From the NCBI GenBank assembly GCA_018302605.1, contig JAGVZN010000010.1, positions 3,932-63,012 on the forward strand: 59,081 nt of DNA, in the 5' to 3' direction. The notes beneath the pieces were generated by a model. It saw only the letters and a list, made by a program, of their open reading frames with translations, was not told the origin of the DNA and searched no databases. The translations under genes and the position numbers were made by a program. Origin of the DNA: Candidatus Woesearchaeota archaeon. Lineage in GTDB: Archaea > Nanobdellota > Nanobdellia > Woesearchaeales > GW2011-AR9. Shown here in pieces: positions 38,982-47,814 of the stretch (position 1 is the stretch's first letter; each line of letters opens with the position of its first letter).

Positions 38982-40193
38982 ATGATTCAAAGAGGGTTAG
39001 GCTTGATGGATGACAAAAGAGCTCAAGCAGCGGGAGGCGCAGCCGTGTTTGTGGCGATCATCGCCGCTTTGCTGATCGTGTTCATCATTCTCGTCAACCC
39101 GCAAGAAAGGGCTGAACTTCTGGGTGAACCAACAGCCCCATCTTCGGTAAGCAGCATTACTCCCTCGGGATCGTTGGTCAAATCTTTATTGAAAGCGACT
39201 CCCGGAAGAATTGATTATTTTGCACAATCAGAAATAAACCATCCTTTGCCCATCGTGACAGTCCAGACCCGGACGGAAACAAAGGTCCTCGCTGAGAAAA
39301 ATGTTGCGTATGCGAAAAACGCTCTCTTTTCCGACCGCGAGGATTCGCTCTCTTTTTCCATTCCCGATTTGATCAATACGGGCAGCGTCGTTATTGGTTT
39401 CCAGCTCAAGGAGTTGAGCGGGACGTTGAAAGTATCGTTGAATGGGGAAGAAATCCTGCGGGCCGGTGAAAGTGAAAAAATAAAGCCCGTCGTCGTTCCC
39501 AGGAATCTGCTCAAAGAAGATAATGTTATGGCTATTAGCGTTTCGTCGCCGGGCGCAGCTTTCTGGCGGACGCACGCCGTCCAGCTGGAAAATCTGCAAG
39601 TGGTCGCCGATGTAACCAGCCTAGAAGGACAGTCGTCGAAGAATGTATTTATCATCTCTGAGGTGGAAAAGAAGAATATAGAGAAATTTGTCTTGAAAGT
39701 TCGACCGCAGTGTGTATTGGCTTTAGTGGGGAAATTGTCTATCGTGATGAATAGCAAAGAAGTCTATGCCGGTCTTCCAGACTGTGATCTAGGTCTGCTG
39801 TCATTGGAATTATCCCTCGAGAATGTCTATCAGGGTGAAAACGAAATTATTTTTTCCACTGAAAAGGGTTCATATCTCTTAAGTCATATCAATTTGATCT
39901 CCACACTCCGCTCTCTGGAATTTCCCACCTATTATTTTGAATTATCCGAAGAGGATTATCAGAAAGTGATCAAGAATAACCTGAAAGCGCGCCTGGCGTT
40001 GAGTTTTGTGGATGTCGTAGCGGTTAAGGAAGCGGATCTTTATTTTAATGGCCATCGTCTCCCTTTTGATACCAAAGATGTGGTCTTCACGGTCGATGTC
40101 AATGACTTCGTGGTGCAGGGAAGCAATGCGCTGAAGATCAGCCCGCGCAAGACGCTGGAAGTGCGTGAGTTGAGATTAGATTTGGTGAAGTGA
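38982..40193 (+). CDS. Secreted beta-rich protein with class III (pilin-like) signal
   Basis: KRAQ followed by a hydrophobic helix; repeated beta modules; TATA at 38951-38958 supports the start at 38982. Confidence 0.7.
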   Translation: MIQRGLGLMDDKRAQAAGGAAVFVAIIAALLIVFIILVNPQERAELLGEPTAPSSVSSITPSGSLVKSLLKATPGRIDYFAQSEINHPLPIVTVQTRTETKVLAEKNVAYAKNALFSDREDSLSFSIPDLINTGSVVIGFQLKELSGTLKVSLNGEEILRAGESEKIKPVVVPRNLLKEDNVMAISVSSPGAAFWRTHAVQLENLQVVADVTSLEGQSSKNVFIISEVEKKNIEKFVLKVRPQCVLALVGKLSIVMNSKEVYAGLPDCDLGLLSLELSLENVYQGENEIIFSTEKGSYLLSHINLISTLRSLEFPTYYFELSEEDYQKVIKNNLKARLALSFVDVVAVKEADLYFNGHRLPFDTKDVVFTVDVNDFVVQGSNALKISPRKTLEVRELRLDLVK

Positions 40194-40232
40194 ACTTTTG
40201 TTTTTCTCCGTTTCGCAACTTCACTCGTTGTA

Positions 40233-40384
40233 GGCTCTGTCAAAAAAGTCAGCCGCCTGGCCAAGAGGTTGCCTGAGAACTGCAATCTCCCCAAGTTATT
40301 GGTGCTTCTTGGCTGTAATCTAAGCAGCTGGAGAAGCATGAAGGCAACGGCCAGGCTGACTTTTTTGAGATTTTCTACAGAGCC
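40233..40384. mobile_element. Hairpin mini-element, family C
   Basis: GGCTCTGT/ACAGAGCC ends, TCAAAAAAGTCAGCC/GGCTGACTTTTTTGA stem, degenerate 9-bp flanks CTCGTTGTA/CACATCGTA. Confidence 0.8.
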
Positions 40385-40390
40385 CACATC

Positions 40391-40566
40391 GTACGTATTA
40401 AGTCTATGCTTGGACAAGTCGGCCTGCCTCGTCTCGTCCAGAAGCAGAGAGCAGTTGAACTGAAGAGTTATTCTCAGAGATCGGCGAGACTCTGAATTTC
40501 TTGTTCAAAGCCACCGCTCGGCAGGCCATCTTGACCTAGCCCGCACAGACATAACTTAATGCGTAC
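40391..40566. mobile_element. Hairpin mini-element, family B copy 2
   Basis: Colinear homolog of 5243-5444; TIR GTACGTATTAAG/CTTAATGCGTAC; flank CACTCGTC matches CACTCGTT at 40222-40229. Confidence 0.88.
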
Positions 40567-40624
40567 CACTCGTCGCAAGATTTTTATAGGCTCCTAACTT
40601 ACATCTGATTACAAAGAGGTAGAT

Positions 40625-42610
40625 GTGGCAGCTGGAAAAGATGATCCCGGAACTGAACAAGATGTTTCTGCTACAAAAGACGAGGCTTCAGCTACAAAGG
40701 ATGAGGCCTCGGCAGTAAGAAGATTAGGTTCTTCGTTTAGGAGCTGGGCGACTACGTACGACAGAGAAAGTGAACTCTCCCAAGCCCGAGCTTTAAAATC
40801 TGGTGCGCAGAGTGTCGGCCGTGGCGCGGGAAAAGCAGTTGGCGCGGTTGGCGGAGCGGTAGGAGGAAGTGCCGCTGCCGTTGGCGGGACGATGCTGGCC
40901 GGCGCGAAGAGTTCTGCGGTAATGCTCGTCGTCCTGGGAGCCATCGCGTATTCTCTTCGCCTGCTTCAGTTCAATCCAGCAGTCCTCTTAGCTTTTTCCA
41001 TCGCATTGTTTTTTATTTCAGGTTATGCTGTTGCGGCTAAGTTAGAACGTGAACGGTTGGCTGTGTTGCTGCCGATGATTCTCTTTTTGGTCTGGTATTG
41101 GGCTTTGGATGCAACACTGGAGCCGACGCAATTAGTCTGGTTCCTGGCCATCGCCGCAGCTGTCTTTGCTCTTGTCGGCCTGCTGACCAAAGGAGCAGCT
41201 CTTCCCGCTGAGGCAATCGGCTTTCTCCCAGTCCTTATTTTGTTCTTAGATGTGGGATTATTACCATTCATGATCCAGAAATTAGATTTGACGATTGGCC
41301 CGGTGCTGGAAGTGTTATTATTCCTCCCCTGGTGGTTGATGACCGGCTTGTTATTATTGCCGGCGCAGCCGACAGAAAGCAAAGGGCTGAATAGTGTTCT
41401 GGGATTATTGAAGATTGTTTCTTTCATCGTGTTGGTGTTAGCACTGGTCCTTCCGGGAATTCCTGACGTTGGTTATGAAACGGTTAAATCAGAACTGCCC
41501 ACGTTTCAGGAATTACAGCAAGCGCAGACAGACGTGCTGGGAAAACTTCCCGCGGGTGAGCATCCTTTCATTGCTAATATGATGTGTCTGCTCGGCGGTG
41601 ATTTTACCGATATCAACGGCTGTGTCTTAGGGCGGCAGCGGCGTTCGCAGCTGACCGCATTATGTCAGAAGAAAGAGGAAGTGAAACAGAAAGTCGTCGG
41701 GCTGAATGACTGCATTGTTGAAGAACAGAAGAAAATTACGGAAAGTGCGCAGACAGCCGGGGCTGTCGATAAGAATATCCACCCCACATTGGCTCGTCTG
41801 GAAATTCCACAAGCGCCTTTGCAATATGCGGCTCGTCCGACGTATTCGGCTACTTTACTGGTGGAGAATCCACGGTTAGAGGAACTGGACTTTCTGCTCA
41901 ACTGCACTTTCCGCAAAGGCAGCGAGGTCATCGCGGGAGAAGTGTCTGCCCAAGGAGATACGGGGCGGGAAGTGCCCCTGCTGGTGAAAACTGAAGCCGC
42001 CCAGATTCCGCTGACTTGTTCACCGGTTCAGGATCTGATCGAGAAAGAAAAAACGTCATATACAATGGCCATCCAGGCAACAATCCGCAAGATGAAGACG
42101 GAATCATCTCTGGAACGGGCATTTCTGGGGCAAGTGGGCAGCGCGGAAGAGCAGAGAATTGCAACTCAAGAATTGATTCGGGATCGGTTCTCTTCTGCGC
42201 AGAAAGTGTCTTCCAAAGCGCCGGCTGAATTTGCGCGGATCAATTTTGGCGTGGGCAGCCCAGAACAGAATCCGATCATCACTTCGACGGACATTCCCCG
42301 CTTTGTCGCTTCCGTGGAGAATGTTGCCGGCGGCAAGATTTTAGCGATCAACTCTTTTTCCTATTCATTGGCGGAGCGCGGCTTTACGGTGCGCAGCGGC
42401 CAGCAGGATTGTTTATCTGGCAAAGAGCTTGTTCTTCCTGATGATGTTCCCCATTCGTTCGGATTAAGCACCTGTTTCCTTAATCTGCCGGGAGATCTCA
42501 GTAATTTTCAGGGGAAACCAAAAGTAGAGACCTTCTTTGCGACGTTAGTCTATGATTATAGCATTACGCGTGAAGCGACAGTGCAGGTGCAGGTGATTGA
42601 TCTCGGATGA
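40625..42610 (+). CDS. Large polytopic membrane protein with extracellular Cys-containing beta domain
   Basis: Gly/Ala-rich N-terminus, about 7 TM helices, C-terminal domain ending in L.Y.Y like the lipoprotein family; GAGGT RBS. Confidence 0.75.
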   Translation: MAAGKDDPGTEQDVSATKDEASATKDEASAVRRLGSSFRSWATTYDRESELSQARALKSGAQSVGRGAGKAVGAVGGAVGGSAAAVGGTMLAGAKSSAVMLVVLGAIAYSLRLLQFNPAVLLAFSIALFFISGYAVAAKLERERLAVLLPMILFLVWYWALDATLEPTQLVWFLAIAAAVFALVGLLTKGAALPAEAIGFLPVLILFLDVGLLPFMIQKLDLTIGPVLEVLLFLPWWLMTGLLLLPAQPTESKGLNSVLGLLKIVSFIVLVLALVLPGIPDVGYETVKSELPTFQELQQAQTDVLGKLPAGEHPFIANMMCLLGGDFTDINGCVLGRQRRSQLTALCQKKEEVKQKVVGLNDCIVEEQKKITESAQTAGAVDKNIHPTLARLEIPQAPLQYAARPTYSATLLVENPRLEELDFLLNCTFRKGSEVIAGEVSAQGDTGREVPLLVKTEAAQIPLTCSPVQDLIEKEKTSYTMAIQATIRKMKTESSLERAFLGQVGSAEEQRIATQELIRDRFSSAQKVSSKAPAEFARINFGVGSPEQNPIITSTDIPRFVASVENVAGGKILAINSFSYSLAERGFTVRSGQQDCLSGKELVLPDDVPHSFGLSTCFLNLPGDLSNFQGKPKVETFFATLVYDYSITREATVQVQVIDLG

Positions 42611-43491
42611 GAACGGAAAATAGAATGGTCAGAACGGTTTTAATCAGCAGCGTCTTGCTGATGGCACTATTTGTCATCGGTTGTGGCAGTGGCGATCAGC
42701 AGACATTACAAAAAAATTACAAGCTTGGTTATGCCCTGCCGGCGCTGGTTATTGATGAACAGCGTTCTCCTACGGTGTTTTACGAGAATCGGCCTTTCTC
42801 TTTGGTCCTGACGCTGTTTAATCGGGCGGGATACCCTTTGCAGAATGTTCGGGTGACGCTGGCCAATTACGATCAGACGTTCTTGTCCATCGCTAATCCG
42901 CAGCAGTTTTTCCCGCAGATCGAAGAGAATAATGCCTACAATGATGATAACGGCGGGAGAGTGGATATGGTGTTTACTGGTGATGTGCTTGATCTGCACG
43001 GCGCTGAAGAACGACGGGAACCGTATCGGCTGTATGCCTCCTACGATTCTAAGATGGAATTCGCGCCGACAATCTGCGTGAACGCCGCCCGTTATGATGT
43101 GTTTGATGCTGGCTGCCAGATGCCCAAAAGCAAAGTTTCATTTTCGGGACAGGGCGCGCCTCTCGCGGTCACTTCCCTGGAAGAAATCGTGTTGAGTGGG
43201 GACGTAGCGGAGCTGGAATTGCGCTTACGATTGGAGAACAAAGGAAATGGGGACATTAAGAATATCCGCTTAGGGCAGGCGCGTTTAGGCAACACTCCCC
43301 TCGCCTGCCAGTTCAAAGACGTGTTGGAGAATGCCGACAAAAGTGTTTCGTTCAAGAGCAACCGGAAAGATGGGGAAATCTTATGCACCGCAACATTAGT
43401 TGAGAAAAGTTCTTATCAGACTGCGCTGTTCATCGAATTCTTTTACAGCTACGAATTGAGTGTCGCCCGGCAGATGACGATCAAACGATAA
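42607..43491 (+). CDS. Putative surface lipoprotein (paralog of 10659 and 11618 genes)
   Basis: VIGC lipobox, PTICV, SGQGAPLAVTS, ENKGNG, FYSY; ATGA-coupled to the upstream gene. Confidence 0.75.
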   Translation: MRTENRMVRTVLISSVLLMALFVIGCGSGDQQTLQKNYKLGYALPALVIDEQRSPTVFYENRPFSLVLTLFNRAGYPLQNVRVTLANYDQTFLSIANPQQFFPQIEENNAYNDDNGGRVDMVFTGDVLDLHGAEERREPYRLYASYDSKMEFAPTICVNAARYDVFDAGCQMPKSKVSFSGQGAPLAVTSLEEIVLSGDVAELELRLRLENKGNGDIKNIRLGQARLGNTPLACQFKDVLENADKSVSFKSNRKDGEILCTATLVEKSSYQTALFIEFFYSYELSVARQMTIKR

Positions 43492-43535
43492 ATTTATATA
43501 TCTTCTTCTTCTGAAAGTATTAAAATGAGGTGTGA

Positions 43536-44375
43536 ATGATGAAAAAATTAATGTTATTATCCGTGGTTCTGATTAGTGTTTTATTTGTGGTTGCCGGCTG
43601 TCAGCCGGCGGATGATGCCGAGGCTTTAGCCGGGCAGGCGATTAAATCAGATGTGCTCAAGTGCGGCAAAAATGCTGAATGTAACGTATTAGCGAAGAAA
43701 TGTATCTTAGCAGAAAAGTGTACTGAAACTGCTAATGCCTGTAAATCTCAATGCGGTAATGATAGAAAGTGTACTGCTGCTTGCGCTAAAACTCAAGCTT
43801 CTTGCGCCAACCCTTGTTATGACACCGCCTTAGCTGCAACGCTGAACAAGCCAGTCGCAGCGAGCTGTGTTGATTCTGATGCCGTTGGCGGCAGTGATGG
43901 GCATGATGCGAAAGCGTATAAAATGCAGGGTTATGTCAAAGACAAAAGTGTTAATTTAAATACCGCTGCTAAGTATGCCAACGTAGTAGGTGATCAAATT
44001 AAAGACAAATGTAATCCAGATGGAAAATTAGTTGAACAGTTATGCAGCGGCGGCTTTTGGGAACCTGAGACGATTGATTGTGTTTCGGAGGTAGGTCCTG
44101 GATCAGAGTGCTTTGCAGGAGCATGCGTAACCTGTGAAGATAAAGTAGTTTGTACAGTGAAAAAGAGTTGGGATAATACTATGCAGAAAATGGTGACTAC
44201 ACATGTGTATGCAAATAACACCAATACTTGTGATCCCCTTGGAGAACAAGGCACTCTCTGCGGTTCCACTGAGGATACTTGTGCACCAGGTTCTGGATGT
44301 AAAACATCAATTCCAACTCCTGTGGGAAACACTTCCGCCGGCGGAAATAGTTCTGGTGGAAACGCTTCCCAATAA
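43536..44375 (+). CDS. Cys-rich secreted lipoprotein with LAGQA motif
   Basis: VAGC lipobox, LAGQA, many Cys, CVDSD..G repeat type; GAGGTG RBS. Confidence 0.75.
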   Translation: MMKKLMLLSVVLISVLFVVAGCQPADDAEALAGQAIKSDVLKCGKNAECNVLAKKCILAEKCTETANACKSQCGNDRKCTAACAKTQASCANPCYDTALAATLNKPVAASCVDSDAVGGSDGHDAKAYKMQGYVKDKSVNLNTAAKYANVVGDQIKDKCNPDGKLVEQLCSGGFWEPETIDCVSEVGPGSECFAGACVTCEDKVVCTVKKSWDNTMQKMVTTHVYANNTNTCDPLGEQGTLCGSTEDTCAPGSGCKTSIPTPVGNTSAGGNSSGGNASQ

Positions 44376-44436
44376 AAATAGATTTTTTTTCTTTTTTTCT
44401 TTTTATCCTCAAATTTAATGCGGAGGTTATCCTTCT

Positions 44437-44753
44437 ATGGGTACAAAAAAGATCCGATAATCACTGCTTTCTCCCGTGCTGTGTGAAGAAAATGTTCTCC
44501 CACCAAAGTATTCTTATTCGGTTCTAGGGCAGTGTGCAAAGCTTGAAAAGATAGTGATTACGACTTTATTCTCGTCAGCCCAAAGTTTAGAGAGATGGAT
44601 TGGGAAGAACGGTCAGCAAAAGTATCCCACCAGAAAAGAAACATTCCCGCAGCAATGGGCATTATCTGCTACACTCCTGAGGAATTTGAGAAGAAGAAAA
44701 AACAGATCAGCATTGTCCAGCGGGTAGTGAAAGAAGAGATTGAGATTCTCTAA
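44437..44753 (+). pseudogene. Decayed minimal nucleotidyltransferase (MNT antitoxin)
   Basis: Reads ..KVFLFGSRAVCKA*KDSDYDFILVS..CYTPEEFEKK..; two in-frame TGA codons plus a frameshift near the start. Confidence 0.8.
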
Positions 44754-44756
44754 GCA

Positions 44757-44993
44757 CTATTTTTTTCTTTTTGTCAATTCAGCCAACTTTTCTTCGTCAA
44801 AACCAATTAATATCTGACCATCAACATCAATCGTCGGCGTACAGAACTGACTTGTCTTCTGCAGAATTTCATCACGAGCATCTTCACTGTCTTCCAGATC
44901 TTTTTCAATGAATGATACGCGATGCCGTCGCAGCCACTGCTTAGCCTGAGTAGACCACGGACAGGTCGGTGTAGTATAGATTGCAACTTCCAT
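44757..44993 (-). CDS. Glutaredoxin / NrdH-like redoxin
   Basis: IYTTPTCPWS, TPTIDV, IGFD. Confidence 0.88.
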   Translation of the reverse strand: MEVAIYTTPTCPWSTQAKQWLRRHRVSFIEKDLEDSEDARDEILQKTSQFCTPTIDVDGQILIGFDEEKLAELTKRKK

Positions 44994-45044
44994 TTTTGGC
45001 TTGGTGTGGATAGGTTTATATATACTTTTTCGTTTGGAAGAGCT

Positions 45045-45392
45045 ATGTTCCCGGTTCGGAGATGGGTGGTCCTCAATGTTACTCTGGGAATTATTGCGAT
45101 CATTCTCGGCTTGTATCTTGCGGGAATCTCTCCCCCCGCGGTGGGCAAGGTCCTCTCCGTCCTGGATCGTTCGCTCCCTCTATGCCTGGTCGAATGGAAA
45201 AGCACGTTCACACCGTGGGATGATCTTGACCAATGCTGTCTGCAGGCGCGAAAACAGTTATCTTGTGAAAATGAGGATCAGACTATTGACGGGCAAAAGC
45301 TGACTAAATTTTGCACAACCGGAAAAACGAGCGTGAAATTTCATCTCAATCAAAAAGCATATTCCTACTGTCGAAGCCAGGTTATCTGGTAA
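45045..45392 (+). CDS. Small membrane-anchored Cys-containing protein
   Basis: N-terminal TM, six Cys; TATA at 45015-45022; directly upstream of the GH3 gene. Confidence 0.65.
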   Translation: MFPVRRWVVLNVTLGIIAIILGLYLAGISPPAVGKVLSVLDRSLPLCLVEWKSTFTPWDDLDQCCLQARKQLSCENEDQTIDGQKLTKFCTTGKTSVKFHLNQKAYSYCRSQVIW

Positions 45393-45428
45393 TCCTGATC
45401 AAAGCAAAAAAAGAAGAGACCAGAAAGC

Positions 45429-46538
45429 ATGAAGAAAAATAGAACCTGGCGAAATGTCTTCCAAGGCGGTAATCGGCAGTTTCATCAGCGTATCTTTTGG
45501 ATACTTTTAGCCGTTGTCCTGATTCTGGCTGTCTTTTCTTTGTTGAAAGCGATGGGCCTGTTGATTTCGGCCCAGCCAACTCCGCTCATCGTTGAAAATA
45601 CGATTGATCTCGCTTCATTGTCATTGGAACAGAAAATTGCCCAGATGATCATCGTCGCCGGACAGAAATGGAATATGCAGGCATGGAAACGTCTGCAATT
45701 AGGCGGGATCCATCTCTATGCCAAAGCAAATGAAAGTATTTTTCAGGAAACGATCGGTCAATTTCAGAAAGGGATGGCCATCCCTTTCTTTGTTACGATT
45801 GATCTAGAGGGATGTCAAAACCCCTTTGCCGTGTTCAAGAATTTTACGGCAGCTTCCGAGATCACGACGCTCGATGCGGCATTGAAAAAAGGAGAAGAGG
45901 AAGGTGCCTATCTTTCCGCATTGGGGGTCACCGTAAATTTCGCGCCAGTGGTCGATCTGGAGGACACGATTTGGAAATGCCGCAGTTTCCTCGGGGATGC
46001 GGAAATGATTGCTGTACTGGCCGAAGCCTATGTTTCCGGCCTGCAAGAAGAGAATATTTTGGCGACGGCAAAGCATTTTCCGGGGAAAACGCTGGTTGTG
46101 CAGGATCCGCACAAATACCTGGTGGCGGCCAGCATCTCTGCTGCTGATCTTCTGCCTTATCAGCGCTTATCTTCTTTGGTCAAGGCAATCATGATCAGCC
46201 ATGTGATCTCTTCCGGTTCCCTCGATTCACAGGGCATCCCGGCGGCGGCATCTCCTGAGGCAGTGCGGATTCTCCGGGAAGGATTTGCAGGTCTGATCGT
46301 TACGGACGAGGTTAATATGCTGGGACTGACAAAATTTTATCCCACATTAGACAAAATGTATCTCGCCGTGTTCAAAGCGGGAAATGATCTCGTTCTTAAT
46401 TTCAATGAAGATCCGTATGAGATCCAACGGATGATTGCGGTGATTAAGGAGGCAGTAGAGCGTGGAGAGATACCCGAGGAGAGGATCAATGCTTCCGTGC
46501 GCCGCATCCTGCAAGCCAAAGGATTTAATGTGAGCTGA
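45429..46538 (+). CDS. Membrane-anchored glycoside hydrolase family 3 (NagZ-like beta-N-acetylhexosaminidase)
   Basis: LSLEQKIAQM, IDLEG, NFAPVVD, KHFPG..DPH, GLIVTD, AGNDL, ERINASVRRIL; N-terminal TM. Confidence 0.88.
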   Translation: MKKNRTWRNVFQGGNRQFHQRIFWILLAVVLILAVFSLLKAMGLLISAQPTPLIVENTIDLASLSLEQKIAQMIIVAGQKWNMQAWKRLQLGGIHLYAKANESIFQETIGQFQKGMAIPFFVTIDLEGCQNPFAVFKNFTAASEITTLDAALKKGEEEGAYLSALGVTVNFAPVVDLEDTIWKCRSFLGDAEMIAVLAEAYVSGLQEENILATAKHFPGKTLVVQDPHKYLVAASISAADLLPYQRLSSLVKAIMISHVISSGSLDSQGIPAAASPEAVRILREGFAGLIVTDEVNMLGLTKFYPTLDKMYLAVFKAGNDLVLNFNEDPYEIQRMIAVIKEAVERGEIPEERINASVRRILQAKGFNVS

Positions 46539-46548
46539 TCGTCGCGGT

Positions 46549-46570
46549 ACAGACTTAACTTAATACATAC
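46549..46570. repeat. Family B right-end fragment
   Basis: ACAGACTTAACTTAATACATAC matches the B1 right end. Confidence 0.7.
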
Positions 46571-46924
46571 AAAAAAGCGGCACAATCCATTTTGTGAGTG
46601 ATGGTGAGCCGTCGCTGAAGCCAATTTTAAGAAATTTCAGAGATACAGAAGAAAATTGGCCCAGTTCCAGTATTATTTCCAGTATTATAGCTATCCTTCA
46701 GCGACCATTTGGCGTCACCATCACTCACTTTTCGGATTGTGCCAAAAAAGCGGCTAATATGAAACCCTCTCGCGTTGCTTGGTTACTGCCAGCTCCGCAC
46801 TTGCTGTAGAACACAATCAGCGACGTTCCCCGTAGGGGGCAACCCCTTTGTCGCTTTGATATTTCTATCGAGAATGCTCCGCAAAGGGCAGTAACTACAG
46901 GGTTTCATATTAGCCCAAAAAAGC
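46570..46924. mobile_element. Tandem array of two different 164-bp GGC-ended hairpin units separated by three CAAAAAAGC repeats
   Basis: Repeats at 46570, 46743 and 46916; unit 1 GGCACAATCC/GGATTGTGCC with GTGAGTGATGGTGA/TCACCATCACTCAC; unit 2 GGCTAATATGAAACCCT/AGGGTTTCATATTAGCC. Confidence 0.85.
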
Positions 46925-47004
46925 GACATCTTTTTAAAGGAATCACTGCTTTAGCAGGAACGGGTATCTATAAAATAACTACATCCGGGCTTATCCAAGA
47001 CAAC

Positions 47005-47793
47005 ATGACAAAAGCAACCGACAAAAAACAAGTAAGCAGAGTTAAAACCAAGAAAAAATCTTGGTTTAGAGTTATCGCTCCTCCTTTCTTCGGGCAGCTG
47101 CAGATCGGGGAAACATATGTCGAAAATCCGGAAACTATTCTGGGGCGAAAGATAGACGTCAATCTCAAAGAATTGACGAATAACATCAAAGACCAGAGTG
47201 CTTATGTTTCTTTTCGGATGATCAGTGCAGAAGGAGCACAGGTTCATACCGAGCCGATGGGTTTTTATCTCACACCCTCTCATGTTAAGCGCCTTGTTCG
47301 AAAGAGTACGTCGCGCTTGGATGATTATTTTGTTTTTTCGACAAAAGCGGGAGAGCGTGTCATTATCAAGACGATTATGGTTACCAGATCCAAAATCCAG
47401 CGTTCGGTGAGGACAGCGCTCAGTTCAACATTGCGTTCCCTTCTTCAGGAGGAGTTCCAAAAGACGGATTTCAACGGCTTCCTTTCGTTATTGATCGGCG
47501 GACGTCTGCGTAAAACATTATTTGCATTGAACAAGATCAGCCCTCTCCGCGAAGCGGCGGTCCGGGTTGCTTCACTTCAAGTGAAAAAAGATGGTCAGCG
47601 CATAACTGCAGAAACTTCCTCCGCGCTGGCTGCTGAAGAAATGCCGGCAGCTGACGAGAACACGGAGGATCAAGCTGAAGATGCCTTTGTTGAGGAACCG
47701 GAAGAGGCCGCCGAGGAAGAAGCTGCTGAGGTGGAGGCCATAGTTGAAAGTGCTGATGGCGAACAATCCAACGACGAAGAAGGAACAGCATAA
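47005..47793 (+). CDS. rps3ae: 30S ribosomal protein S3Ae (eS1) with acidic tail
   Basis: KKKSWFRVIAP..FG...IGET, KRLVRK.TSRLD, KISPLR. Confidence 0.92.
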   Translation: MTKATDKKQVSRVKTKKKSWFRVIAPPFFGQLQIGETYVENPETILGRKIDVNLKELTNNIKDQSAYVSFRMISAEGAQVHTEPMGFYLTPSHVKRLVRKSTSRLDDYFVFSTKAGERVIIKTIMVTRSKIQRSVRTALSSTLRSLLQEEFQKTDFNGFLSLLIGGRLRKTLFALNKISPLREAAVRVASLQVKKDGQRITAETSSALAAEEMPAADENTEDQAEDAFVEEPEEAAEEEAAEVEAIVESADGEQSNDEEGTA

Positions 47794-47814
47794 TATCTCT
47801 CTTCTTTTTGCCAG

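Noticed and set aside
44437-44753. TGA recoding (alternative genetic code) suggested by two in-frame TGA codons
   Set aside because: The same gene also has a frameshift and degenerate motifs, and TGA is a normal stop in many intact genes here.
46570-46924. CRISPR array
   Set aside because: Repeats are only 9-10 bp, units are 164-bp hairpins and there are no cas genes; better explained as repeated target-site duplication.
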